A stretch of DNA of 58,895 nucleotides, the filler included. It is 7 parts of 7 records of this genome, joined end to end, with 100 filler letters (N's around TTAATTAATTAA, not from the genome) between each part and the next. Parts side by side here need not be neighbours in the genome. Positions count along the whole stretch, not along the records: positions 35,483 to 40,610 come from DRR723986_6599; positions 40,711 to 45,794 come from DRR723986_6607; positions 45,895 to 51,316 come from DRR723986_6628; 4 more parts are not named here. One strand, written 5' to 3'. Position numbers and translations under genes: made by a program. The notes under the pieces were generated by a model. The model was not told the DNA's origin and searched no databases. It was given only the letters and a program-made list of their open reading frames with translations. Positions 38,490-48,611 of the stretch are shown piece by piece (the stretch's first letter is position 1; every line of letters starts with the position of its first letter).

Positions 38490-39593
38490 ATGGCCAGCAG
38501 ACCCGATACCGACGACTACCTCAACCTGTTCCTGAACGATGTGCCGCTGATGGACGTCCGGGCGCCGGTGGAATTTGCCAAAGGTAGCTTCCCGTCTGCA
38601 GAAAACGCCCCGCTGATGAACGACGAAGAACGGCACCGGGTGGGCATCTGTTATAAGGAAAAGGGCCAGGACAAGGCCATTGAACTGGGGCACCAGTTGG
38701 TCTCCGGCGACATCAAGGCCCAGCGAATTGAAGCCTGGAAGCGCTTTGTGGCACAACACCCGGAGGGGTATCTGTTCTGTTTCCGGGGCGGATTGCGCTC
38801 GCGCCTGACCCAGCAGTGGATCAGGGACTCCGGCATCGACTACCCGCTGGTGAAAGGCGGCTACAAGGCCCTGCGTCGCTTCCTCATTGACAGCCTGGAA
38901 GCACAGATCGAATCAGGTCAGTTCCGGATTCTCAGCGGCCGCACCGGTACTGGCAAGACCCGGGTACTGATGCAACTGCCCAATCCGGTCGATCTGGAGG
39001 GCCTGGCGAATCACCGGGGCTCCAGCTTTGGCCGGCAGGTAACTCCCCAACCCTCCCAGATCGACTTCGAGAACCGGCTGGCGGTGGCCATGCTCAAGGC
39101 CAGGCACCAGGTGGGAGGGCCAATCTACCTTGAAGACGAAAGCCGCCTGATTGGCCGCTGCGCCCTGCCGGAAACCCTTCGGGCCCGGATGTCTGAATCA
39201 CCCCTGCTGATTCTGGAACAGGCCATGGAAGAGCGTATTGCCATCATCCGGGCCGACTACGTTGAAGGCATGCTGGCCAGTTACCGGGCCAGGGACGGTG
39301 AAGACGCCGGCTGGCTGAATTTCCGGGACTACCTGTTGAGCGCCATCGACCGCATTCGCAAACGCCTGGGCGGCGAGCGTTACCAGAAACTCCGTAACCT
39401 GATGCTGCAGGCTCTGGATCAACAGGAAGCCAATGGCTCCCTGGAAGGGCATCATGGCTGGATTGAGGCCCTGCTGACCGACTACTACGACCCCATGTAC
39501 GACTACCAGCTTACCCAGAAACATGGCGAAATACTGGTACGGAGCGGCCCCGAAGTCATCACCGAGTGGGCCAGATCCCGCACCAGCACGTAA
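38490..39593 (+). CDS. selU: tRNA 2-selenouridine synthase (MnmH/SelU)
   Basis: Rhodanese DVRAPVEF, CFRGGLRS, P-loop GRTGTGKT, DLEGLANHRGSSFG, YYDPMY. Confidence 0.95.
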   Translation: MASRPDTDDYLNLFLNDVPLMDVRAPVEFAKGSFPSAENAPLMNDEERHRVGICYKEKGQDKAIELGHQLVSGDIKAQRIEAWKRFVAQHPEGYLFCFRGGLRSRLTQQWIRDSGIDYPLVKGGYKALRRFLIDSLEAQIESGQFRILSGRTGTGKTRVLMQLPNPVDLEGLANHRGSSFGRQVTPQPSQIDFENRLAVAMLKARHQVGGPIYLEDESRLIGRCALPETLRARMSESPLLILEQAMEERIAIIRADYVEGMLASYRARDGEDAGWLNFRDYLLSAIDRIRKRLGGERYQKLRNLMLQALDQQEANGSLEGHHGWIEALLTDYYDPMYDYQLTQKHGEILVRSGPEVITEWARSRTST

Positions 39594-39725
39594 TCCTGGG
39601 CGTTGGCAGTAATGCCGTGTACAGCTTTCTCTGCTATATAGTTGGTTCAGACAAATCCCGCTGAACCACGTCATTTGTCGATAAGAACTCACTCAGAAAA
39701 TATTAACGATCAAGGAGTTTTCCCT

Positions 39726-40559
39726 ATGGAAGAGTTATTCGGTGCTAACGGGCAGGCCTCTGAATGGGCGGATCAGGCCATTGCCCTGATCATGGCTTAT
39801 GCCCCAAAGGTTCTGCTGGCGATTGTTACGCTGATTATCGGCCTCTGGCTGATCAACCGGTTCGTCAGGGTGCTGGACAACCGCCTTGGCAAAAAAGATC
39901 CGACCCTGAACAAGTTTCTCTGTGGCCTGATCAGCGCCATTCTGAAGATTCTGCTGCTGATCTCCGTCGCCTCCATGGTGGGCATCGCTACCACTTCGTT
40001 TGTCGCCATCATCGGTGCCGCCGGCCTGGCGGTGGGCCTGGCCCTGCAGGGCAGCCTGGCCAACTTTGCCGGTGGCGTGCTGATCCTTATCTTTAAACCC
40101 TTCAAGGTCGGCGATGTTATTGATGCCCAGGGCTTTCTGGGCTCGGTGCGGGAAATCACCATCCTCTACACCATCGTCGACACCTTCGACAATCGCCGGA
40201 TCGTGATCCCCAACGGCCAGCTTTCCAACGCCAGCCTGACCAACCTGAGCGCCTACGAAACCCGCCGCTGCGACATGAGCTTCGGCATTGGCTATGGCGA
40301 TGACATCGACAAGGCCAAGGCCATCTGCAAACGCCTGATCGAAGAGGATGAGCGCGCCCTGAAAGACCCGGCGCCGCTGATCGTTGTTGGCGCCCTCGGC
40401 GAAAGCTCGGTAGACCTGACGGTGCGCGCCTGGACCAAGGGCGCCGATCTGTGGCCGTTCTACTGGGATATGCAGGAGCGGGTGAAAAAGGCCTTCGACG
40501 CCGAGGGCATTTCGATTCCTTTCCCTCAACGGGACGTGCACATGTACAAGGCTGATTAA
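39726..40559 (+). CDS. mscS: Small-conductance mechanosensitive channel
   Basis: GAAGLAVGLALQGSLANFAGG, KPFKVGD, IPN, ISIPFPQRDVH. Confidence 0.93.
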   Translation: MEELFGANGQASEWADQAIALIMAYAPKVLLAIVTLIIGLWLINRFVRVLDNRLGKKDPTLNKFLCGLISAILKILLLISVASMVGIATTSFVAIIGAAGLAVGLALQGSLANFAGGVLILIFKPFKVGDVIDAQGFLGSVREITILYTIVDTFDNRRIVIPNGQLSNASLTNLSAYETRRCDMSFGIGYGDDIDKAKAICKRLIEEDERALKDPAPLIVVGALGESSVDLTVRAWTKGADLWPFYWDMQERVKKAFDAEGISIPFPQRDVHMYKAD

Positions 40560-40610
40560 ACGGAACCGTTTCACATGGAAACATCCGGTAACTCGCAAAG
40601 TGCGTATCCT

Positions 40611-40710
40611 NNNNNNNNNNNNNNNNNNNNNNNNNNNNNNNNNNNNNNNNNNNNTTAATTAATTAANNNNNNNNNNNNNNNNNNNNNNNNNNNNNNNNNN
40701 NNNNNNNNNN
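40611..40710. other. Artificial contig spacer
   Basis: N44-TTAATTAATTAA-N44. Confidence 0.99.
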
Positions 40711-40944
40711 GCCCGCCGGGATCACCACTTCCTTGACGACGTATTTCAGCGCGTCGGCCACCGATTGCAGCAGGCCCCATGTGCCCACCACGTTCGGGCC
40801 GCGCCGCATCTGCACCGCCGCCCAGATCTTGCGGTCGCCGTAGACGAGGAACAGCAGCGAGATCATGACGAAGCCCAGCACCGCGAGGCATTGCGCAAGG
40901 ATGATCACGAAGGTGCCCAGGGGCGTGGAGAAAAATGTGTCCAT
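40711..40944 (-). CDS. nuoH: NADH-quinone oxidoreductase subunit H, N-terminal part
   Basis: [28 protein letters not shown]. Confidence 0.93.
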
Positions 40945-40951
40945 CAGGTCC

Positions 40952-41350
40952 TCACACCATCGGTATTCCGCTTTCCGCGCAGGCCAGGGCCGTGACCTCC
41001 GCGTCGATTGTCTTGAGCCCCGCGGGCAGAGCGGCCGAGATCGTGTAGACCGCATCGCCGCGCCAGAGGCCAGCCTCTTCCTCGACCGTCGTGCGCAGAT
41101 GCCGCGCAAAGCCGTAGCCGCGGATGATCGCATATTGCGCCGCCGCGCATTCCGTATAGCGCTCCACGTCCTGCGGGTCGCGCGCGCCGCGCATCGTCAC
41201 CAGAAAGCTGACGAGATCGCCGTCCAGCAGACGCGTCTCCACCCCCTGATAGACCGGGGTGAACGGAAGGTCGTCCCGCGCCACGGGTTCCGCGCAGGCC
41301 GACAGCGCACAGGTCACGGCCAGCGCCGCTATGGGTCTGCGACCGCTCAC
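40952..41350 (-). CDS. Hypothetical lipoprotein between nuoG and nuoH
   Basis: Lipobox-like ALSAC; abuts the nuoG stop; host-like codon usage. Confidence 0.75.
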   Translation of the reverse strand: MSGRRPIAALAVTCALSACAEPVARDDLPFTPVYQGVETRLLDGDLVSFLVTMRGARDPQDVERYTECAAAQYAIIRGYGFARHLRTTVEEEAGLWRGDAVYTISAALPAGLKTIDAEVTALACAESGIPMV

Positions 41351-43375
41351 TCATTCCGCCGCAAGCGGGGCTTCCGCGCGCGCCTTGGCCCGGCGGCTGA
41401 GGTCGGCCATGACCTCGGACGCGCGGGCGATGGGGTTGGTCAGGTAGAAATCCGCAATGGCGGTGCGGAAGGAGGCTTCTCCCAACGTGCCCGCCTCGAT
41501 CGGCTGCCATTCGTTTTCGGGCACCTGATCCACCGCCTTGAGATGCGGCACCGCCTTGACCAAGGCCTGCCGCAGTTGCGCAAGGCTGTCCCAAGGCAGG
41601 GTTGCGCCCAGTTCGGCAGAGAGCGCGCGCAGGATGGCCCAGTTCTCCTTGGCCTCACCCGGTGCAAAACCGGCGCGCAGCGCCAGTTGCGGGCGGCCCT
41701 CGGTGTTCACGAAAAGCCCGTGTTCCTCGGTCCATGCGGCGGCCGGCAGGATCACGTCGGCACGATGCGCACCCCGGTCGCCATGCGAGCCCTGATAGAT
41801 GACGAAGGCGCCCGGCGCGATCTCGACCTCGTCGGCGCCGAGGTTGTAGATCACGTCGGCCTCGGCGACGGCCTCCATGCCACGTTCCGTCACCGCGCCT
41901 ACATCCAGTGCGCCGACGCGGCTGGCGGCGGTGTGCAGGATCAACAGCTTGGCCTGACGGGCCTCGGCGATCTGCATGGCCATGGCCAGAACCGCCGCGC
42001 CGTCCGCCTCGCCAAGGGCACCCTGCCCGACGATGACGATGCCGCGCTCGCCCTCTTCCACCGGCTCGCTGCGCGCAAGCTCCAGATGGTCGGCCAGCGC
42101 CTTGCGGTCGGAACCGAAGCCGTGGACGTCATAGGTGAGGTCCGCGACGGGCCCGATCACGCCGACTTGCGCGCCACGCGCCCAGGCCTTGCGGATCCGG
42201 GCGTTCAGCACCGGCGCCTCGACGCGCGGGTTGCAGCCGATCAGCAGGATGCCGTTCGCCTCGTCGATATCCTCGATGCTGGCGGTCCCGACATAGGCGG
42301 AGCGGTTGCCCGCAGGCAGCTTCGCCCCGTCGGTGCGGCATTCGACGACACCGCCCTGCCCCTCGACCATCTGCTTGAGGCTGTAGGCCGCCTCGACCGG
42401 GGCCAGATCGCCGACGATCCCGGCAAGGCTTTTGGCACCCTTGATCGCGCCAACAACCTTGCCCAAAGCCTCTGGCCAGGTCGCGGGCCGCAGCTTGCCG
42501 TTCTCGCGCACATAGGGGCGATCCAGACGCTGGCGCCGCAGACCGTCCCAGACGAACCGCGTCTTGTCGGAGATCCACTCCTCGTTCACGCCGTCGTGGT
42601 TGCGCGGCAGGATGCGCATGACTTCGCGGCCCTTGGTGTCCACGCGGATCGACGATCCCAGAGCGTCCATCACGTCGATGGTCTCTGTCTTGGTCAGCTC
42701 CCACGGGCGGGCGGTGAAGGCATAGGGCTTCGACACCAACGCGCCCACCGGGCAGAGGTCGATGATATTGCCCTGCAGTTCCGAATCGAGCGTCTGATTC
42801 AGGTAGGATGTGATCTCGGCATCCTCGCCGCGCCCGGTCTGGCCCATCTGGGTGATGCCCGCGACCTCTGTCGTGAAGCGCACGCAGCGGGTGCAGGAGA
42901 TGCAGCGCGTCATATGCGTCTCGACCAGCGGGCCGAGGTCCAGATCGTCGACGGCGCGCTTGGCCTCGCGGTAGCGCGAGAAGTCGACGCCATAGGCCAT
43001 CGCCTGATCCTGCAGGTCGCATTCGCCGCCCTGATCGCAGATCGGGCAGTCGAGCGGGTGGTTGATGAGCAGAAACTCCATCACCCCCTCGCGGGCCTTC
43101 TTCACCATCGGAGAGTTCGTCTTGACCTGCGGCGGTTCGCCGTCCTTGCCGGGGCGCAGGTCACGGACCTGCATGGCGCAGGACGCCGCGGGTTTGGGCG
43201 GGCCGCCCACGACCTCGACAAGGCACATGCGGCAGTTGCCCGCGATCGACAGGCGTTCGTGGTAGCAGAAGCGCGGCACCTCGATCCCGGCCTGTTCGCA
43301 GGCCTGAATCAGGGTCATCGCGCCGTCCACCTCCAGCTCGATCCCGTCGATGTTGATCTTGCGCAAATCGGACAT
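41351..43375 (-). CDS. nuoG: NADH-quinone oxidoreductase subunit G
   Basis: [56 protein letters not shown]. Confidence 0.97.
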   Translation of the reverse strand: MSDLRKINIDGIELEVDGAMTLIQACEQAGIEVPRFCYHERLSIAGNCRMCLVEVVGGPPKPAASCAMQVRDLRPGKDGEPPQVKTNSPMVKKAREGVMEFLLINHPLDCPICDQGGECDLQDQAMAYGVDFSRYREAKRAVDDLDLGPLVETHMTRCISCTRCVRFTTEVAGITQMGQTGRGEDAEITSYLNQTLDSELQGNIIDLCPVGALVSKPYAFTARPWELTKTETIDVMDALGSSIRVDTKGREVMRILPRNHDGVNEEWISDKTRFVWDGLRRQRLDRPYVRENGKLRPATWPEALGKVVGAIKGAKSLAGIVGDLAPVEAAYSLKQMVEGQGGVVECRTDGAKLPAGNRSAYVGTASIEDIDEANGILLIGCNPRVEAPVLNARIRKAWARGAQVGVIGPVADLTYDVHGFGSDRKALADHLELARSEPVEEGERGIVIVGQGALGEADGAAVLAMAMQIAEARQAKLLILHTAASRVGALDVGAVTERGMEAVAEADVIYNLGADEVEIAPGAFVIYQGSHGDRGAHRADVILPAAAWTEEHGLFVNTEGRPQLALRAGFAPGEAKENWAILRALSAELGATLPWDSLAQLRQALVKAVPHLKAVDQVPENEWQPIEAGTLGEASFRTAIADFYLTNPIARASEVMADLSRRAKARAEAPLAAE

Positions 43376-43586
43376 GCCCGAGCCTTTCCAGTTCCATGGC
43401 TGGCAGCGCTCATCCGCAGATGAGCCGCGGTCCCGGGCGTTCTAGCGCGCATCCCGCGCCGATACCAGATGCGCGTCACCCCAAAAGCGGGAAAAATCGA
43501 CGCGGTCGCGGACGGTGCTTCCCCCTTGTGGCGCGGATTAAGGATTTGATAATAAAGCGCTAATGACCGAGTAAAATTATCGGAAA

Positions 43587-43979
43587 TTACCGCAGGAAGG
43601 TTCCCACCGGGCCGCCGCGGGCGATGTCGGCCTTGCCGAAGGCGCAAAGCGCCGTGCGGTCCTTGGCGTTCACGCCCTGCCCCGCCAGCCAGCTTTCGGC
43701 TTTCTTGCGCATCCGGTCCTTCTCGGCCTTGGACGTCACGTAGTCGTCGATCTCGTCGTTGCTGTATCCAAGGTCCCGCGCCTTGCCCTTGAGCGTATTC
43801 AACTGCGAGAGCGCGCGGATCATCCGGGCGTCGATCCCGTCGCACTTCTTGCGAATCTCGTCGGCAATCGCGACCGCCATCAGGGCGTTGTCGATCTCGG
43901 GCACGTCGCGCAACGGCGGCTTGGCGTGGGCGGCGGGGGCCAGCAGGGCCAGGATCAGGGCAGCGGGAATCAGGCGCAC
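43587..43979 (-). CDS. Secreted DUF5333-like protein
   Basis: Signal peptide, IADEIRKKC..I.ARM, ARDLGYS, LCAFG; GGAGG RBS. Confidence 0.75.
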   Translation of the reverse strand: MRLIPAALILALLAPAAHAKPPLRDVPEIDNALMAVAIADEIRKKCDGIDARMIRALSQLNTLKGKARDLGYSNDEIDDYVTSKAEKDRMRKKAESWLAGQGVNAKDRTALCAFGKADIARGGPVGTFLR

Positions 43980-44082
43980 GGGGGGCCTCCTTCGAAACAG
44001 CGGTTCTGCCTGAATGAAGGGCGTCCGGCCTGCTATTCAATATCACGCGCCGCAGAGCGTTGATTTCGGCGGGAATCCCCGG

Positions 44083-44430
44083 TCAGGCGGGATCGCGACA
44101 GGTCCCCCGCAGCGTCACGGTATTCCGGTTGACGGGCAGCGAAGACCGCGGCGCGTCCGGACCGACCTGCCAGTCGATGTCCGAGGTGCCGAAGAAGGTG
44201 ATGCAGTGGCGGATGCCCTCGTACTCCGCGGCGGCCAGAGCGCCCTCAAGGGATTTCGACACGGGCCGCGCGGTCGCGGTGAAGGTCTGCCGGTTGGAGC
44301 GGGCGATCGCGCGGGCGTTGCTGGTGTAGCGCTGGCCATCGAACAGCGGCTTGCCGCCCTGGCCAAAGCCCAGACGCCCGCAGCCCGCGACGGAGACCAC
44401 CATAAGCAACAGACAGATCACGCGCACCAT
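44083..44430 (-). CDS. Hypothetical lipoprotein
   Basis: Lipobox-like VAGC after a hydrophobic stretch; YEGIRHC...SDIDW..GPD. Confidence 0.7.
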   Translation of the reverse strand: MVRVICLLLMVVSVAGCGRLGFGQGGKPLFDGQRYTSNARAIARSNRQTFTATARPVSKSLEGALAAAEYEGIRHCITFFGTSDIDWQVGPDAPRSSLPVNRNTVTLRGTCRDPA

Positions 44431-44588
44431 GGCCAGTTCTTCCCCCGCGCAGAGCATTTCGTTCGCGCCGGCCCCGGGCCGCGCCGGCGCACTCTCTCCC
44501 CTGCGCGGCCCGAGGTCAAGCGGCGCGCCGGCGAAACCCGGGAACCGCGCCGACCGCCCCCGCGTTTTCACTAACAGGAGGACCCATC

Positions 44589-44774
44589 ATGACCAAGGAC
44601 ATCGACACCCGCCCCCTTCCCGAGAAGGACCGCATCGCGGAACGGCAGAAGGACCGCTTTACCGACGATCCGGCAGCCGGGCGCGAGAAGCACGCCGAGA
44701 CCAGCGACGACATCACGCGCGGGATGCCCGAGGCAGAGCGCGACACGCTCAAGAAAGAGACCGGCACCCGCTGA
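44589..44774 (+). CDS. Small hydrophilic hypothetical protein (61 aa)
   Basis: Strong AGGAGG RBS; GC3-rich codons; fills the intergenic gap. Confidence 0.65.
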   Translation: MTKDIDTRPLPEKDRIAERQKDRFTDDPAAGREKHAETSDDITRGMPEAERDTLKKETGTR

Positions 44775-44792
44775 CCCCTGCGGCCGGGGTGG

Positions 44793-45206
44793 TCAGGAGC
44801 CCTGGACGTCGGGCGTATCGAGGCAGAGATTGCGGAAGGTCCAGACCCCGTTGGTCTGGAACTGCGACTCGCCCCTGTCATCCACGGTCAGCCCGTGATG
44901 GGCACAGAAGGCCGCGGCCAGCGCGCGGGCGAGTGTACCATCCCTCGGGCCGAGGCCCGGGGCGCCCTCGCTCCGGACGTGGACGGTGCTTTCCCGCTCG
45001 GCTCGCGGTCGGGCCTTCGTCGGCAGCCCGATGACGCCCGCCACGGCGGTCGGCGCATCGTATTGCGCGAAGGTCACGCCATAGGCCTGATTGTCGTAGA
45101 GCATCATGTCGACCAGGCGCGAAGCCGCCTTGCCCTCTGCATGGGCCGCGCCCATCGCGCCGGTGCACAGCAGCGCCGCCACTAAGATCCCGTTCCTTGT
45201 CGTCAT
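44793..45206 (-). CDS. Hypothetical secreted protein
   Basis: Signal peptide ending AHA; two Cys in the mature part. Confidence 0.6.
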   Translation of the reverse strand: MTTRNGILVAALLCTGAMGAAHAEGKAASRLVDMMLYDNQAYGVTFAQYDAPTAVAGVIGLPTKARPRAERESTVHVRSEGAPGLGPRDGTLARALAAAFCAHHGLTVDDRGESQFQTNGVWTFRNLCLDTPDVQGS

Positions 45207-45504
45207 CCTGTACCATTCCCTTGCACTGCTCGTGTGCTTTCGAGGCGCGGCTTGTGCCGCTACAGGCCCCGGGCCGGTTCGTCCGGCCCGATCCGAGAGG
45301 CGATGGTACGAAAATCCCGCACGCCGCCCTTGACTGCCATTCCCGGCGCGCCATGTCGATCATGAGAAGACCGCGTGCCCAAGGGATGTGTCACCACCGT
45401 TCCCGGCCAGTGTGCTTTTGTAAAGTTACCATGACATGAAGACGGGTGCGGCGTGGCCGTCTGCACACAGATCGGGCAGCCCCCGGGTCATGGGCGCACG
45501 CAAG

Positions 45505-45532
45505 AAAAAACCCCGCCACAGGGGCAGGGTTT
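45505..45532 (-). terminator. Rho-independent terminator after nuoF
   Basis: Minus strand AAACCCTGCC-CCTGT-GGCGGGGTTTTTT. Confidence 0.7.
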
Positions 45533-45559
45533 CACTTGGTTCACAGCTTGGGGTGCGAC

Positions 45560-45794
45560 CTATTCCGCGGCAACGGCGCTGACACGCCCGGTGCTCTGCG
45601 CCTTGATGCGGTCCTCGATCTCGTCGCGGAAATTGCGGATCAGCCCTTGGATCGGCCAGGCCGCAGCGTCGCCGAGCGCGCAGATCGTGTGACCCTCGAC
45701 CTGTTTGGTCACGTCCCAAAGCATGTCGATCTCTTCGGGATCGGCCTCTCCGCGCACCAGACGGTCCATCACGCGCATCATCCAGCCCGTGCCT
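45560..45794 (-). CDS. nuoF: NADH-quinone oxidoreductase subunit F, C-terminal part
   Basis: [19 protein letters not shown]. Confidence 0.93.
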
Positions 45795-45894
45795 NNNNNN
45801 NNNNNNNNNNNNNNNNNNNNNNNNNNNNNNNNNNNNNNTTAATTAATTAANNNNNNNNNNNNNNNNNNNNNNNNNNNNNNNNNNNNNNNNNNNN
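45795..45894. other. Artificial contig spacer
   Basis: N44-TTAATTAATTAA-N44. Confidence 0.99.
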
Positions 45895-45993
45895 CTGATT
45901 TTATTGACTATTCCTAGCAACCGATGAAGGATGGCAAACATGCCATTCTTTATTCTAGCGGTCATGTTTCTGCGTTATATTCATCGCCTGCCT

Positions 45994-46293
45994 CTAAAGA
46001 TGGAGTGTTGGTAGCATACTTTGATGGAGGATTCGAAAAATTTCCACCCCTGTATCAGTGGGCGCATAGAAAATGCAGTGTGACTCTACTGGGTATTGGA
46101 AGTAGTGGCTAACATCCGGGTCGAAACGTCTACCCAGCTTAGGATTGGCAGATAGATCTTTAAATACCTGCTCGATGGCATAGACATATTGCTCCGCGCG
46201 AGCAAAGCCAAACTGCTCGACACTGTAATCAAAAATCTCTTCAAGATCGCTGTCAGCCTTTTCATGAACATAGAAAGCCGGATGCTCAGGCAC
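45994..46293 (-). CDS. parE: Type II toxin, RelE/ParE family
   Basis: ADSDLEEIFDYS...FG..RAEQY, NPKLGR, HCIFY, IFRILHQSM; overlaps the antitoxin stop. Confidence 0.87.
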   Translation of the reverse strand: MPEHPAFYVHEKADSDLEEIFDYSVEQFGFARAEQYVYAIEQVFKDLSANPKLGRRFDPDVSHYFQYPVESHCIFYAPTDTGVEIFRILHQSMLPTLHL

Positions 46294-46537
46294 TGTGTTT
46301 TTTTCTCATTCTGCCAACAAAATCCTCAGCGCTCCAATCGTTAACAATCGGACTGTTTTCTCCTTCCGAAACCAATTGCCGCAATTGCGTTAATTTTGAT
46401 TCAGCCCGTTGTTCCTGGAGTAATCGTATTCCGGCTCGGATGACCTCGCTCTGATTGGCAAAATCGCCAGATTCGATCATGCCCTCGATAAATCCACCTT
46501 GTTCTTCTGTGGGTCTAAAGGTAATAGTATTAGCCAT
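46286..46537 (-). CDS. parD: Type II antitoxin, ParD family (ribbon-helix-helix)
   Basis: FIEGMIESGDFANQSEVIRAGIRLL; directly upstream of the toxin. Confidence 0.87.
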   Translation of the reverse strand: MANTITFRPTEEQGGFIEGMIESGDFANQSEVIRAGIRLLQEQRAESKLTQLRQLVSEGENSPIVNDWSAEDFVGRMRKKHSA

Positions 46538-46767
46538 AGCGCGCCCCTAAAAGTAAGTATATGTCTTACAGAATATAGCGGAAGATACACAGGCTTAGCA
46601 AGCTGTGCCTGGCGATAGGATAGGCGCGTTGGGCCACCCCGCCCCATCGTATTGAATACTGAACATTTAACCTCCCTTAACCTCCCTCGCTACTATTCGG
46701 CCAACGTACCTGGGATGGGCGGCATGGCGCCTGCTAGACGCCAATCACCGGGCTACCTCTTTTATAA

Positions 46768-46816
46768 TTGACAGAACCGCCCGGTTTTGATTAATTAGTG
46801 TCTGATAACTAATTAA
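46768..46816 (+). promoter_or_regulatory. Promoter with palindromic TetR operator
   Basis: TTGACA 46768-46773; inverted repeat TTAATTAGT-N8-ACTAATTAA (46791-46816) covering the -10 and ending 9 bp before the tetR ATG. Confidence 0.7.
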
Positions 46817-46825
46817 AGGCGTGTC

Positions 46826-47446
46826 ATGCGCGTTCGAAAATCGGCAACAAACCGCAAGGCAGAGATCATCGATGCCGCGCTTCGCCTTGCCGACAAGGTC
46901 GGCCCCGACCGGCTGACTACATCTGCTATCGCGGATGCCGTGGGAGTAACCCAGCCAGCAATTTTTCGGCATTTCCCCAAGAAGCAGGATCTGTGGCAGT
47001 CGGTCGCTGCGCGCATTGGCGCGACAATGGAGGCTAGGTGGGAGAAGGCGCGGAGCACAGGTGACACGCCCATCGACCAGATTTGCGTGTTGGTTGCTGG
47101 GCAATTGCGGCTGATCCAGACAACACCGGCGATTACGGCAATTCTGTTCTCCAGGGAATTGCATGCCAAAAACCAAGGATTGCGTCGAGCCTTCTTCGAA
47201 CTACTGGGCCGTTTCCACCAGGTTCTCGCGGGCCTCGCGGCGGATGCAAGAGACGCGGGTGAACTGCGCAGTGACCTAGAGCCGGAGGATGTGGCCTCCC
47301 TGATCCTCGGCCTGGTTCAGGGCCTGGCCGTCAGGTGGTCCATCAGCGGACGCGGCTTTGACCTGGCCGATGAAGGTAGCCGCTTGCTTGCAATTCAATT
47401 AGACGGATTCGCCCGCGGGCGGGCCGCAGTGCTTGAGGAGGGATAG
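46826..47446 (+). CDS. TetR/AcrR-family regulator
   Basis: IIDAAL, TTSAIADAVGVTQPAIFRHFPKK HTH. Confidence 0.9.
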   Translation: MRVRKSATNRKAEIIDAALRLADKVGPDRLTTSAIADAVGVTQPAIFRHFPKKQDLWQSVAARIGATMEARWEKARSTGDTPIDQICVLVAGQLRLIQTTPAITAILFSRELHAKNQGLRRAFFELLGRFHQVLAGLAADARDAGELRSDLEPEDVASLILGLVQGLAVRWSISGRGFDLADEGSRLLAIQLDGFARGRAAVLEEG

Positions 47447-47447
47447 T

Positions 47448-48611
47448 GTGAAAAAGCAGATAGTTCGGCCCTTATCGGCGTTACTGGCGCTCTTCATCGT
47501 GGGTGTCGCGGTATTCTTGTTTGTACGAATACGCCCGCTATCGGTCGAGGTCGCCCACCCCGTTGAAAATGTCCCGGTGCAGGTCTTCGGGCTTGGCACG
47601 GTGGAGGTCCGTATCCTGTCGAATGTCGGTTTTGAGGTCGGTGCCGCGCTCGTCGAGTTGAACGCCGACCATGGGGATCGGGTAAACAAGGGCGACGTGC
47701 TGGCGCGCCTGCACAGTGGTGAACAGGAAGCCCGTCTCGCCAAGGCGATTGCCGCGGTAGTCAATGCTGAAGCAGCGGTGAAGCGGGCGGAGGCAGCGGC
47801 CGGCAAATCGCGGGCAGTGTTGGCCCAGAAGCGACAGGTGAATGACCGTAAACAGGCGCTCGTATCCCGACAGACGGTTTCCATAGAGGCTGCCGAAGAA
47901 GCGCAAATGGAGGAAGACGTGGCGGCTGGAGAATTGGCCGTAGCGGTTAGCGATGTCCAGGTCGCAAAGGCTGCGCTGGAAGACGCCGTGGCGGGGCAGG
48001 CACTGGAGCAGGTATTACTGGATAACCACGTTCTCAGGGCACCCTATGACGCCATAGTCATGGCGCGCCGTGAGGAACTGGGCACAGTGCTGAGCCCCGG
48101 TGAGGCAGTATTCACCCTTGTGGCTCCAGACACTGTCTGGGTGCTCGCCTACGTCGATGAGGCACGCGCGGGTGGCATTGAGGTGGGACAGCCGGCAGAA
48201 GTTCGGTTGCGGTCCCTGCCCAGACAGACGTTCGAGGGCCATGTGACACGCATCGCGATTGAAAGCGACCGTGTGAGCGAGGAGCGCCGTGTCTATGTCG
48301 CTTGTGACCGCTGCCCGGATAACTTCCACCTGGGTGAGCAGGCAGAGGTCTTTATCACCACCGCAGTGCTCGACAAGGCGCTGCTGGTACCCGAGACAGC
48401 AGTAGAGGGCTTCGATGGAACCCACGGCAAGGTCTGGACTGTCGAGCGAGGTGAGTTGCAGCTGCGTGAGGTGAGCTTTGCCAACCGTACGCTGGATTCA
48501 CGCCTGGATCTGCTCGGCGAAATCCCGCCGGGGGCGCGGGTCGTGACCGCCGTGCGCAGCGGCTTACGGGAGGGCCGCGCCGCGAAGATCGCGGAGCAGG
48601 TAACACCGTGA
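47448..48611 (+). CDS. Efflux periplasmic adaptor (MFP, MacA-like)
   Basis: N-terminal TM, lipoyl-like half motifs (DHGDRVNKGDVLARL; LRAPYDA), helical hairpin. Confidence 0.88.
   Translation: MKKQIVRPLSALLALFIVGVAVFLFVRIRPLSVEVAHPVENVPVQVFGLGTVEVRILSNVGFEVGAALVELNADHGDRVNKGDVLARLHSGEQEARLAKAIAAVVNAEAAVKRAEAAAGKSRAVLAQKRQVNDRKQALVSRQTVSIEAAEEAQMEEDVAAGELAVAVSDVQVAKAALEDAVAGQALEQVLLDNHVLRAPYDAIVMARREELGTVLSPGEAVFTLVAPDTVWVLAYVDEARAGGIEVGQPAEVRLRSLPRQTFEGHVTRIAIESDRVSEERRVYVACDRCPDNFHLGEQAEVFITTAVLDKALLVPETAVEGFDGTHGKVWTVERGELQLREVSFANRTLDSRLDLLGEIPPGARVVTAVRSGLREGRAAKIAEQVTP

Noticed and set aside
38490-39593. Selenoprotein recoding near selU
   Set aside because: No in-frame TGA in the ORF; selD/selAB are not on the contig
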